Source: an uncultured Nitrososphaerales archaeon (GTDB lineage: Archaea; Thermoproteota; Nitrososphaeria; Nitrososphaerales; Nitrososphaeraceae). Taken from it: a stretch of DNA of 64,000 nucleotides. The DNA lies in NCBI GenBank assembly GCA_963841565.1, contig CAWJCY010000006.1, forward strand, positions 339,979-403,978, written 5' to 3'. The notes beneath the pieces are model-generated. The model saw nothing but the letters and a program-made list of their open reading frames with translations. It was not told the DNA's origin and searched no databases. Within the stretch, counting starts at the first letter, position 1, and the number at the start of each line of letters is the position of its first letter. Shown here piece after piece: positions 1 through 9,686 of this stretch. The translations under genes and the position numbers were made by a program.

Positions 1-294
1 AAACAAAACGCAGAAATCCTGTTTGGGAACCAGGATCCAAGTCAAATTTTTTATCATGAAAGGGTTTTTGAATTTAAAAGTGATAGTTCTGGCCTCACTT
101 TGAAGGTGAAGGTTCCTTTTACAAAGAACGCAGACTTTTTGGTTGAACGCATCTCAGACCGGATTACTATCAAAGTAGCTACGAACATAGGTTATATTGT
201 GAATGTCGTTCCATTACCTGCTGTTACTTTAAAAATGAAACTCAAAGCCGCCCGATTGGGTGATAATGAATTAGTAATTTCGTTTGAGTATTAG
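1..294 (+). CDS. C-terminal fragment of an ArsA/Get3-family ATPase with HSP20-like tail (5' end outside the window)
   Basis: Frame is open from base 1: KQNAEILFGNQDPSQIFYHERVFEF...LKVKVPF...VVPLP...AARLGDNELVISF. This resembles the 'lFGxxDPxxiFy' linker plus alpha-crystallin domain of ArsA_HSP20 proteins. Confidence 0.65.
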   Translation, partial: KQNAEILFGNQDPSQIFYHERVFEFKSDSSGLTLKVKVPFTKNADFLVERISDRITIKVATNIGYIVNVVPLPAVTLKMKLKAARLGDNELVISFEY

Positions 295-418
295 AAATTT
301 AAAAAAATGAATCAAATTAGAATACGTTTCAAAACTATGTATTCTTATGTCTAAATCTCCAATACGAATCCTTCATTACCTATAGATACTACATGCGCTA
401 AGCTTTTTGTAATAGTCT

Positions 419-922
419 ATGAACAAGGTCTTATCAATTCTAATTGCAATAACTATATGCGCCATATATTTGGTCGGTACGGTCAGCCTTTTTGACCTTG
501 TTCCTGCTAAGGCTCAAGATTCAAGTACTAGCCATTCAACTATAGAAAATCCACCCGTCATAAACCAAGACACATCACCACAACAAGCTAGCAACGACAA
601 GGTTTCATTCAAGATTAAAGGAATAGATTACTCTACCAAAATTGCACAGATATTAGTTACTATCGGTGGTAAAACTTATGCCAACACCTTTGATCCGATA
701 TCCTTGTTGGATCCTCATGATGACGGTAATGGAGTTATACAGTTTAGTATGCTAATTCCTAAAGATGCTATAAAACCAGGAAGCTCATACACTGCATGCG
801 TTAAGATCTTGGAGGACACCGATAGCTTTGGCAATAATTTGGCGTGTCAGTCTGGCTCGACAGATGAAATACACTCCTTATCAGGAGAAAACCAAAACCA
901 ACTAGTGAATCTATATCTATAG
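419..922 (+). CDS. Secreted hypothetical protein (signal peptide, Cys pair)
   Basis: Hydrophobic N-terminus ending AKA-QD, an S/T/Q-rich linker, and two Cys (YTACVK, LACQSG). Confidence 0.7.
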   Translation: MNKVLSILIAITICAIYLVGTVSLFDLVPAKAQDSSTSHSTIENPPVINQDTSPQQASNDKVSFKIKGIDYSTKIAQILVTIGGKTYANTFDPISLLDPHDDGNGVIQFSMLIPKDAIKPGSSYTACVKILEDTDSFGNNLACQSGSTDEIHSLSGENQNQLVNLYL

Positions 923-1308
923 TTATGGGTTACGCCTTTGATTCATGGAAATGAATCCTTTAATTCACAACACTGGTTTATTGGGTACGCGAGCACAACT
1001 GCGCCATGCGCTAGCGGTATGGGACAACGACGATTTCATAATATCACATATGTTTTTTTTTAGATCGTTCTGTCCCGCAATATCATTGCTAGATAGCGAT
1101 CGAATTATCCTTGCAACACTAGCTCACAGGTCAGTCTGTAACTGGGCGATATCCGTTCAATAAAATATTCAAGAAAGCGTCAACACTAAGCTTCCTCTTT
1201 TTACATTTCTGATGATCTTATTGCGAATTTATCTATCCACATACTACTTTTTTATATATCACTTTTATCTTGACATTATTAAAGCAAATATATTTATTGA
1301 TTAGAAAC

Positions 1309-1322
1309 TTAATAATTATTAA
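1309..1322. promoter_or_regulatory. Perfect palindrome TTAATAATTATTAA, candidate autoregulatory operator of nikR
   Basis: 14-bp perfect inverted repeat 6 bp before the nikR ATG. It is AT-only, so specificity is low. Confidence 0.35.
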
Positions 1323-1328
1323 TACTGG

Positions 1329-1712
1329 ATGACAATTGTTAGTATATCCTTAAATGATGAAATTCTGAATGAAATGGACAAATTACAAAAGTCACTTGGA
1401 TTTAGTGGACGATCTGAAATAGTTAGAGCAGGAATCAGAGGTATGATATCAGAAGAAAGATCGCGGCAGGATCTGGTGGGATACATCCATGCAATCCTTT
1501 TGGTTATTCATAACGAGGCTTCTGATGACGAAATAAGCAATCTAAGACACGCCTACGATGAATTGATAGCAACTCATCTGCATAGTAAAATTGACAGGGA
1601 TAGGTGTCTGGAGATATTTTTGTTAAGAGGTGATGCGAAACCTATGAGAGATATGACAAAAAAATTTCAGGCTAATAAAAAGATGGATAATGTTCAACTG
1701 ATAGCGATGTAG
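1329..1712 (+). CDS. nikR: NikR-family (ribbon-helix-helix plus ACT-like) metal-responsive regulator
   Basis: IVSISL beta strand, GFSGRSEIVRAGIR, and metal ligands LRH...THLH...RCLE. Confidence 0.9.
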   Translation: MTIVSISLNDEILNEMDKLQKSLGFSGRSEIVRAGIRGMISEERSRQDLVGYIHAILLVIHNEASDDEISNLRHAYDELIATHLHSKIDRDRCLEIFLLRGDAKPMRDMTKKFQANKKMDNVQLIAM

Positions 1713-2052
1713 ATAAAGGTGGTATCTTTTTCAGAGACCTCGGCCGCGTAATGAGTGATTAGATATCTTGGCCGGGAATTATTGCGTCTGGTGTATAATA
1801 CCTCAAATTAATTTTGTCATCTGTTAGGTAAACGTATCTAGAAGGATAGGTAGGCGGATTTTGCAAGCATTTACTAGCCAACAAGAGAAGTTGATGATCT
1901 ACTCCTAAGAGGAGAAGCTTGCGCCTTTAATCCGAAACCTCAGCCAGAGATAAATTTAGTGCCCTATTTACAACCAAAGATCTTCCATCCAATTATTTAA
2001 CGTGACGAGAATAAATTGTAATTGTCAGCGGCACACAGTTTTGGCAAACTTG

Positions 2053-2091
2053 TTAATAATAGTATTTATGCAAGAATGTTAAAATTATTAA
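2053..2091. promoter_or_regulatory. Inverted repeat TTAATAAT-N23-ATTATTAA upstream of the metal ABC operon
   Basis: Same half-site as the palindrome in front of nikR; AT-rich. Confidence 0.3.
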
Positions 2092-2126
2092 TAACACTTA
2101 TATTATTATTAGCGACATTTTGATCT

Positions 2127-3092
2127 GTGGCAATTTATTATTGTATTATCCTTCTAACCGTTTTCTTTATTATTGCACCGGGCTGTTTGGTAATACACGC
2201 CTCTGGGAGAGGCGTGGCCCCGGAACACAATATTTCTAAAACTCTGCCCATTTCCAGTTCCAATTTATCTGATCCGATAACCCAACAAGTACCAAAAATA
2301 ACTGTGGTTGCCTCATTCTTCCCCATTTATGAATTTGCGAAGCAAGTAGGAGGGGATAGGATAAATATTATAGCTCTCATTCCAGCCGGTGTAGAGCCAC
2401 ACGACTATGAACCCACGATCCAGCAGCTACAACAGGCAGAAAATGCAGATGTAGTATTCTTTAATGGTCTGGGATTTGAGAATTCCTGGATAGACAGGGT
2501 CACCAATGATAATTTGGTTGATACAAGTGCTCTCTCTAATTTGTCTCAAGGCAGCCAAATAAGAAATCCACATATTTGGCTGGATCCCGTCTTTGCAAAG
2601 GCCCAAGTACAGCAAATCGAAAAGGCGTTAATAGAAATTGATCCTAATAACAAACTATATTACCAGAAGAATGCGTTGAATTTTACAGATAAGCTAGATT
2701 CATTGGATTCCGAAATAAGAACTGCACTTCAGCCCTGTGATAAGAAGGATTTTATTGCATTTCATGACGCTTTTGGCTACTTTGCCAAAAGGTACGGTCT
2801 AAGTCAACATAGTGTCCAAGGAGTATCACCAGAAGGAGAAGTTCTACCTCAGCGAATTGAGGAAACTATAAGATTGGCCAATGATCTTGGGCTAAAAGTT
2901 ATTTATGCTGAGGAATTGGTAGACCCTAGATTTGCTGAAGTGATCGCACAGGAGATTCCTAATGGCAAGGTACTCGTATTGAGCCCTTTGGAAGGAATTG
3001 AGAAAGACGAAGAGGACTCAGGAATAGGGTATCTTGACAAGATGGAACAAAATATTTCTAATTTGAAAGTAGGATTGGAATGCTTGACATAA
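2127..3092 (+). CDS. znuA: Metal (Zn/Mn/Co/Ni) ABC transporter substrate-binding protein, ZnuA/AdcA type
   Basis: EPHDYEP, NPHIWLDP, FHDAFGYFA and LSPLE motifs; N-terminal membrane anchor. Confidence 0.9.
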   Translation: MAIYYCIILLTVFFIIAPGCLVIHASGRGVAPEHNISKTLPISSSNLSDPITQQVPKITVVASFFPIYEFAKQVGGDRINIIALIPAGVEPHDYEPTIQQLQQAENADVVFFNGLGFENSWIDRVTNDNLVDTSALSNLSQGSQIRNPHIWLDPVFAKAQVQQIEKALIEIDPNNKLYYQKNALNFTDKLDSLDSEIRTALQPCDKKDFIAFHDAFGYFAKRYGLSQHSVQGVSPEGEVLPQRIEETIRLANDLGLKVIYAEELVDPRFAEVIAQEIPNGKVLVLSPLEGIEKDEEDSGIGYLDKMEQNISNLKVGLECLT

Positions 3093-3889
3093 CTTCAGCT
3101 AATCCAATAGTGGAAATAGACCACTTATATTATTGGTACGATTCTTCATTTCTTACATTAGATGATATTTCCTTTAGAATGGAACAAGCAGACCTGCTGG
3201 GGATAATAGGTCCCAATGGTGCAGGAAAAACCACTCTTTTTAATTGCATTCTGGGAATTCTGACAGACTATAGGGGTACAGTTAAACTTTTTGGAAAGGA
3301 GGTTATGAGGAATAGAAAAGCATTGTTAAGCAAAGTAGGGTACGTACCTCAACATGCATCAATTGAACAAAGCTTTCCTGCGACCATAGAGGAGATTATT
3401 TCATTCGGATTGCTAGGATCCATCGAGAAGTACAGTCGAAGTTATGCAAAGGACCAAGTGCTTAAAGCAATGCAGATAGTTGGATTAACTGATAAGAAGA
3501 ATAAAAGATTCAATGAGCTATCCGGCGGACAACAACAAAGAGTCCTAATCGCTAAGGCCATGGTACATAATCCTAAGTTACTAATATTAGATGAGCCCAC
3601 GAGCGGTATAGACCAAGAAACACAGGATCGATTTTATGAACTAATTCGGAAGCTTAATGCAGAAGAAAAAATATCCATCATATTGTCTTCACACGATCTA
3701 GATGCTGTAAGTAAGCTTGCCAATAAGGTCGCGTGCATCAACAGAAAAATGCATTTTCATGGAGATGCGAAAGATTTCTTCGGTGATGAAAACATGCTTA
3801 AGACTTATTATGAATCTGCGATGCAGACGCATTTAAGGCTCCATCAATTCAACGCCAAATCCAATCCTCAGCAGCTTCCATCCTCCTAA
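3080..3889 (+). CDS. znuC: Metal ABC transporter ATP-binding protein
   Basis: GPNGAGKTT, LSGGQQQR, LDEPT, SSHD. Confidence 0.9.
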   Translation: MLDITSANPIVEIDHLYYWYDSSFLTLDDISFRMEQADLLGIIGPNGAGKTTLFNCILGILTDYRGTVKLFGKEVMRNRKALLSKVGYVPQHASIEQSFPATIEEIISFGLLGSIEKYSRSYAKDQVLKAMQIVGLTDKKNKRFNELSGGQQQRVLIAKAMVHNPKLLILDEPTSGIDQETQDRFYELIRKLNAEEKISIILSSHDLDAVSKLANKVACINRKMHFHGDAKDFFGDENMLKTYYESAMQTHLRLHQFNAKSNPQQLPSS

Positions 3890-3908
3890 AAGAAGTGGGT
3901 TTAATGAC

Positions 3909-4770
3909 ATGACCATTTTGGAAATTTTAGAGTTCGGGTTTATGCGAGCGTGCGTTAATCTCTGGCATTGCAGTTGCTGCTATATGTTCCGCAATTGGCC
4001 TATTTCTAGTGCTTAGAAAGCATTCACTATTTGGAGATGCGATGTCTCACGTTGCCTTTGGCGGGTTGTCCATAGGACTATTCCTTAATTTATACCCAAT
4101 ATGGACGGCGTACGCCTTTACTTTAATTGCCGCACTGGGAATTACAAAAATGACTAATTCTATAAAGATCCCGCCGGATTCGTCGGTTGCAATTTTGCTT
4201 TCATCTGGACTAGCTGTTGGAATAGTTCTGATAAGTCTGTCTGGTGGATTTTCTCTAGACCTTTTCAGCTTCCTGTTTGGAAGCATCCTACTGATTAGTA
4301 CTCAGGATACTATTATTATTGTATTTCTAAGTATTGGGATTCTTGCAATTATAGCAATAATGTATAGGAGATTAATGTACATTACTTTTGATGAGGAACA
4401 AGCTCGAGTAAGCGGGATTAATGTAAAATTAGCAAACTATGTCTTCATCGTGCTCGCTGCAATAACTGTAGTCACATCTATTAGACTAGTAGGAGTCCTC
4501 TTGATATCTGCACTGATTGTACTACCAAATATAACTGCAATATTATTTGGAAGAGGTTTTAAGAAAACTGCAATGATTTCAATAGGTATCGCTATTGTGT
4601 CAGTTGTGTGGGGGATTGTCATTTCCTATTTAGCTAATGTCGCTCCTGCAGGTGCCATAGTCCTTACCAGTGTGGCTATATTACTGTGCACCATCGTTAC
4701 GCGCAAAATTAGGAAATCAATCCGACCAAGGAAGCTGCCAGAGCCAAACATACAAAAGAGATCTCAGTAA
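3909..4770 (+). CDS. znuB: Metal ABC transporter permease (one extra base at about 3946)
   Basis: Removing one base from ATGCGAGCGT gives MTILEILEFGFMQRALISG...LVLRKHSLFGDAMSH; LFSFLFGSIL and VGVLLISAL motifs. Confidence 0.9.
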
Positions 4771-5060
4771 TGATAAACATATTGTCCAATCAATCGTAAA
4801 CAGATAAGAATATTCATGTGTCTAATTTGAACTGCGTGGCAAGTCGGCTTATTACCCCTCGAATTTAATTGCTGAATGATTACGGATATGACAGCTCACG
4901 AGTAATAGTGTTGCTTTCAAAAAATGCAACAAAGTAGTTAACGAAAAAAGATAGACTCGGGTATACGAAATTCTCATCCGTTACCTCCATTGAGAAACTT
5001 ATCATATTCAAACCTTATTAATCCTTGAATTGTCTATATAGGTGAACCTACTTTGGGGGT

Positions 5061-5393
5061 TCAATCGGCAAGCATATGATGGAAACACGAGCGCTCCCCT
5101 GTATGACAGGCTGGACGGTCAGACTCAACAATGTATAACACTGCATCCAGATCACAATCCATACGTATTTCTTTGACTGGTTGTATGTTACCAGATTCTT
5201 CGCCCTTCATCCAAAGCTTGCCCTTCGATGTGCTCCAAAACCATGCGTTTCCAGTCATATTCGTTTTTTTCAACGCTTCTTGATTGACGTAAGCCAACAT
5301 GAGTACTTCCTTGGTCTTGAGATCCTGTACTACGACAGGGATTATTCCGTTCCTTTTTTCGAAGTTGACAGACTTCAATGATTTGCTTTCCAT
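5061..5393 (-). CDS. hisI: Phosphoribosyl-AMP cyclohydrolase
   Basis: GIIPVVVQD, LWMKGEESGN, DCDLD, ACHTGERSCF; start taken at MESKSL. Confidence 0.95.
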   Translation of the reverse strand: MESKSLKSVNFEKRNGIIPVVVQDLKTKEVLMLAYVNQEALKKTNMTGNAWFWSTSKGKLWMKGEESGNIQPVKEIRMDCDLDAVLYIVESDRPACHTGERSCFHHMLAD

Positions 5394-5800
5394 GCTTTGA
5401 TATATCCTAAAATCAATTTGAATGACTGCCAATAAATAACTAACTTTACATATTTTTAAACAAGCTTTATGAAGTCTGATGTAAAATATCAATCGGATGT
5501 AATATTATCACTAAATGATGTGCAATTCGTCTTCAAAACATATGTAACAGTGGGATTGCAGACATTCCTAGAGTTGAGATCATGACACCTAAGCTAGATT
5601 CGTAACCGCTCAATGGATCCTCTTCAACTTAAAGGGTATTATTATCAAATGTGAAAAACGGTATAATATTTATTATATAATCAAAATTGTCTTATTAATT
5701 GTAATTTATGAATAGCTTTTAACCCGGCAGAGTCTTGATGGATCGAACCAATCCGCATATAGTTTAAATAAGATGTATCTCGAATAATTGCAGACAAAGT

Positions 5801-6337
5801 ATGCCAATTGATCCAGACTTTCCAAAGAATTCAAAGGTGATAGGTAAACATATTCTCGGAGATGGCGAGCAATACCACTATGTATGGGGGCCAGGAAGGA
5901 CTGCTGAAGCTGCAGAAAATGAAGAAGTAAAGTCAGCATATACAGCAAGAGGAGAAGAGATAGTGCCTATAGGTGTGCACGGGACTATGGTAGCAGTAGA
6001 CTGGGATTCATGCGTGGCCGATGGGGCATGCATAGAGGCTTGTCCGGTTCAGGTTTTCCAGTGGTACAGAACTGAAAATGATGTACCTCCTACTGAGGTG
6101 ACCAATGCTACCAGCAACGGAACCGGTAGCGGTGAAAAGGAAGAGCGAAAGGATTATACTGACAAAGCTGACCCGATTAGGGAACATGATTGCATTTGGT
6201 GCATGGCGTGTGTCTCTGTATGCCCTCCTCAAGCAGTAAAAGTAGATCAGTCCAACCTGGAATTCCATGAGAAGGCATCAGGAACGTTTAATGAATCCCT
6301 TTCCAAAGGTAGTGCACCGCCGCCTCATGCGCACTAA
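5801..6337 (+). CDS. zfx: Zinc-containing dicluster ferredoxin (Zfx type)
   Basis: PIDPDF...GKH...HYVWGP...GVHGT; CVADGACIEACP and KADP...CIWCMACVSVCP, as in Sulfolobales zinc ferredoxins. Confidence 0.85.
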   Translation: MPIDPDFPKNSKVIGKHILGDGEQYHYVWGPGRTAEAAENEEVKSAYTARGEEIVPIGVHGTMVAVDWDSCVADGACIEACPVQVFQWYRTENDVPPTEVTNATSNGTGSGEKEERKDYTDKADPIREHDCIWCMACVSVCPPQAVKVDQSNLEFHEKASGTFNESLSKGSAPPPHAH

Positions 6338-6568
6338 ACCTTAAATTTTTTGTTAGGAATTTCTTTGTAAACTAACTAGCTAGATTGAGCTTTACCCAAA
6401 GAATCTTGTTCCGTGATTTCGGTACCGAACATGATTTGCTAGAGGTCGATGACTTGAATTTCGCAGCTAAATCGAAAGTGATGTAGCATTACGAAGCCCA
6501 CGTATTTCTGAAGTGTTATCCTAAATCAAAGGAAAGTGGAATGTGGAAAAAATTTCCAGTGACTTATC

Positions 6569-7165
6569 ATGATTTTAGCGAATGATTCCTACATGGGTAT
6601 CTTTATTCCCAGTGATATTCAAAATAGAATACTCCAATTTATGGATGGAAAATCGACATTCCCATTCATTCGTGGCGATGAAATAGTAGGAGTTTTTTTT
6701 CTCTTCGGCAAATACGGCAAGATATCAAATGAGATCGACATTCTGAATGCCAAGGATCTAGCCCGCAATGGAATGAACCAGATAACAAAAGAGGTCAATT
6801 TATGCAATTCCATGTCAAATAGGACAACCTTTGATTTTGTTAGAGAAAACTATACTCGGAGGGCATTGCAGATTTCAACTGATTTGAGTAATTCATCAAA
6901 GAGGAATAGCATTAAGATACGAGACAGAATTTCTGGAGACCCGACTATATTGATAAACTGCTTTGCGCAACATATTGCTTACTATCGACAGGACTACTTT
7001 TTTGAACTGATAAACCCTCTACGACCGGCCCAAATTCCAGAGCATCTCAGGGAAAAAATGGAATTAAGGATGTTGTTATTGGGTTTTAATTCGAAGAACT
7101 TGGAAAATCTACCATACGTTAGTGCTCTTGTGCCATTTTTTGACTGGTTGTCGACGATAGCTTGA
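6569..7165 (+). CDS. Hypothetical protein (thaumarchaeal type)
   Basis: 198-aa ORF with normal composition and no recognised motif. Confidence 0.65.
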   Translation: MILANDSYMGIFIPSDIQNRILQFMDGKSTFPFIRGDEIVGVFFLFGKYGKISNEIDILNAKDLARNGMNQITKEVNLCNSMSNRTTFDFVRENYTRRALQISTDLSNSSKRNSIKIRDRISGDPTILINCFAQHIAYYRQDYFFELINPLRPAQIPEHLREKMELRMLLLGFNSKNLENLPYVSALVPFFDWLSTIA

Positions 7166-7905
7166 GTCGCAAGTTCAATCTAGCATATAAAGATAAAATA
7201 TCTATAGAAGAAATCATTATTGATCCCAACTCATTATTTTCTTTTCCGATGATATTTTGATCGAACATAAAAACATGGAGTTGAATAGCAAGATCTGCAT
7301 ACCGTAGCTAAACTTTCAAACTTCGGAAAAGTTCTGGTACTCTTGCAAATTTTATGCTACTACAGATAACGTATGATGCATTAGACGAACAAAAGCCAAT
7401 CATGAATTAATCATAAGACAAGTAAATTTGAATTCCTGTTCAGTTCGCTATTCTCAGCCAAACTTGCAGGAGAAATTAGACAAATTGACTTCAGATAGGA
7501 CAGAATGCTTGTGGCTTCTCCCCACGTAGGTCATCTACCCTCTTACGACAGTACCGCTAATTGCTTTCTACGACTTGCACGTAACAATCATAGACCATTT
7601 GCATTTCGTTCAAATCAAGTTGGTCTAAGATTTCTATATGCAATTATTTTTGCCGTAAGAATATCCAGGTCATGCTCGCTACCACCACCTACCTTCTTGG
7701 GACATAAGGATAGGCTTTCACATTTATCTATAGGTATAGTTATTATTTTCTGAATCGTGGTGGCTATTTAAGAGGAATCACATAAGCTGCGGATGAACGA
7801 CTGGTATTTCAATTGCATGGCATTTTTGCGGGGTGGAAGTCATGAACCAGCCCGTTAATCTGATCACAAAGAACATTAAGTACGTTTGAGTAAGGATCTG
7901 AATCA

Positions 7906-8337
7906 ATGAGCGTTCAAACTAAGTCAGATTATGAGATTTTATTGTCCCGGCTGCGAGATAAACTAGGGAACACTACAAAAAAACAGGCATCGAGACTCGA
8001 ACTCCCTACTCCCCAAATAATCTGGGTTGGCCAGCGTACAATTTTTAGGAATTTCATGGACTTTCCTAAGGCATTAAACAGGGATCCCGAAAAGTTATTG
8101 TTATATTTGAACAAAGAACTTGCTTCGGCAGGATATATTGCTGGGGAGAGAGTCATATTTTTAGGAAGAAAGGAACCTTCATCTTTTGGAGCATTAATTG
8201 ATCGATACGTAAAGGATTACGTCATCTGTCCCGTCTGTGGAAGCCCAGATACTAGAACTGAAAAGAGTAAGAAATTGGGTTTTCTTTTGTGCGAAGCATG
8301 CGGTGCGAAATCGTCCATAAAAGGGAACTATGCTTGA
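7906..8337 (+). CDS. eif2b: Translation initiation factor aIF-2 beta subunit
   Basis: YEILLSRL, TIFRNF, KELASAG, and zinc ribbon CPVCGSPDT...CEACGA. Confidence 0.95.
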   Translation: MSVQTKSDYEILLSRLRDKLGNTTKKQASRLELPTPQIIWVGQRTIFRNFMDFPKALNRDPEKLLLYLNKELASAGYIAGERVIFLGRKEPSSFGALIDRYVKDYVICPVCGSPDTRTEKSKKLGFLLCEACGAKSSIKGNYA

Positions 8338-8656
8338 ATCAATAATTGGATATTGCCCACTGGTGGGCAGTCAAACGCCCTTTTGAGTACGTGATATAAT
8401 CATCGTTCTTGATCGATTATATTTTGGTTTGACTCTTTTTCACCATAAACTATTATACACGTCTATCAGCGCATTGCTCTTCCGAATTGCACAATCAAAG
8501 TAGGCAGCTAAATATTCCCTTTCATGAAATATCAAAAGTTCCGATGCGTGTCAAATTATGCCATTCTTGCATAACTATTTTTTGCCTGGTGCTCGCAGAA
8601 ATTTAACATTGGCCTCTAAGTACCGTATCGCTCTGTATCTCGCGATGACAGCTATC

Positions 8657-8884
8657 ATGTCTCTCAACCCTGGTGCGACCTTAGGCACCGAAACACTAGA
8701 ATCTACGAATGGATTCTCTACAGGACAGAGTTGGGGTGCCTTAAGAAAGGCTTGGAAGGGGTACAGAATTGCAAAGGTTCAGGCAGACAATGCTAGAATG
8801 ACGGAATATGCCACCAAGATACGAAAGATTCAAGGTGAGCTAGGGATAACCAGATCCACGTTTCCTAATCTAGGCATAGCCTAA
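8657..8884 (+). CDS. Small basic helical hypothetical protein
   Basis: STGQSWGALRKAWKGYRIAK...EYATKIRKIQGELG. Start uncertain; the ORF is open from 8558. Confidence 0.6.
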   Translation: MSLNPGATLGTETLESTNGFSTGQSWGALRKAWKGYRIAKVQADNARMTEYATKIRKIQGELGITRSTFPNLGIA

Positions 8885-9023
8885 TCTACTTTTTTAGAAT
8901 CCGACTGCTGCAAATTAGGCCACGCAATTAGCTAACTAGAATATACAGTCGAACAGCCATATTTTTTGTATTAATCGATATGTAATTATCTAGCTTTTTC
9001 TGTAGGTATTCTTCAAGGTAAAA

Positions 9024-9680
9024 TTGAGCGTAGAGAATTGCGAAAAGGATAATGCATCCAGCAATGAAGGCGAGGAAGAGGAGGAAATTATACGACAACA
9101 ACAGCAACAACAGCAACAATCCCCCCAAGAAGATAAAGATCAAGAGTATATTATTCACTTAGAGAATGAACTTTCCCAGGCCGATGTAGAACTTCAGAAG
9201 GCCAAAGAAGAAGCCGACAGTAACATGAATAAGCTGCGATATTTGATGGCAGATTTTGATAATTATAGAAAACGGACAGAAAGACAGATAGAATCGAAGA
9301 TAAGCCAAGGAAAAGCAGAACTTATTTTAAAGTTTGTTTCTATTCATGACGATTTATCTAGGGCGATAGAGACTGCGAAACAATGCAAATCAGATCAGGT
9401 TGTAATAGAGGGTTTAGAAGGTATTTTGAGGAACGTCGAGACTTTGTTTGACGCAGAAGGTGTTAAGGAAATTGAAACTACGGGTACTCCCTTTGATCCC
9501 AATATTCACGATGCTATTTCATTCAAATACGATGACTCTGTTCCAGAAAATACTGTGATCGCGGAAATTAGAAAGGGGTACATGATAACTGACAAAGTAT
9601 TAAGGCCTAGTTTGGTAGAAATCTCTAAAAGGATAGTTAAAAATAGCGCTATTGACAGTAACAGAACAAAAGGAGACTAA
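9024..9680 (+). CDS. grpE: Nucleotide exchange factor GrpE
   Basis: ADFDNYRKR, GTPFDPNIHDA, KGYMITDKVLRPSLV. Confidence 0.95.
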   Translation: MSVENCEKDNASSNEGEEEEEIIRQQQQQQQQSPQEDKDQEYIIHLENELSQADVELQKAKEEADSNMNKLRYLMADFDNYRKRTERQIESKISQGKAELILKFVSIHDDLSRAIETAKQCKSDQVVIEGLEGILRNVETLFDAEGVKEIETTGTPFDPNIHDAISFKYDDSVPENTVIAEIRKGYMITDKVLRPSLVEISKRIVKNSAIDSNRTKGD

Positions 9681-9686
9681 GAAGAA

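Noticed and set aside
945-1163. Short intergenic ORFs (also 7505-7753, 35236-35421, 36155-36373, 46018-46203)
   Set aside because: No motifs and atypical composition; likely spurious
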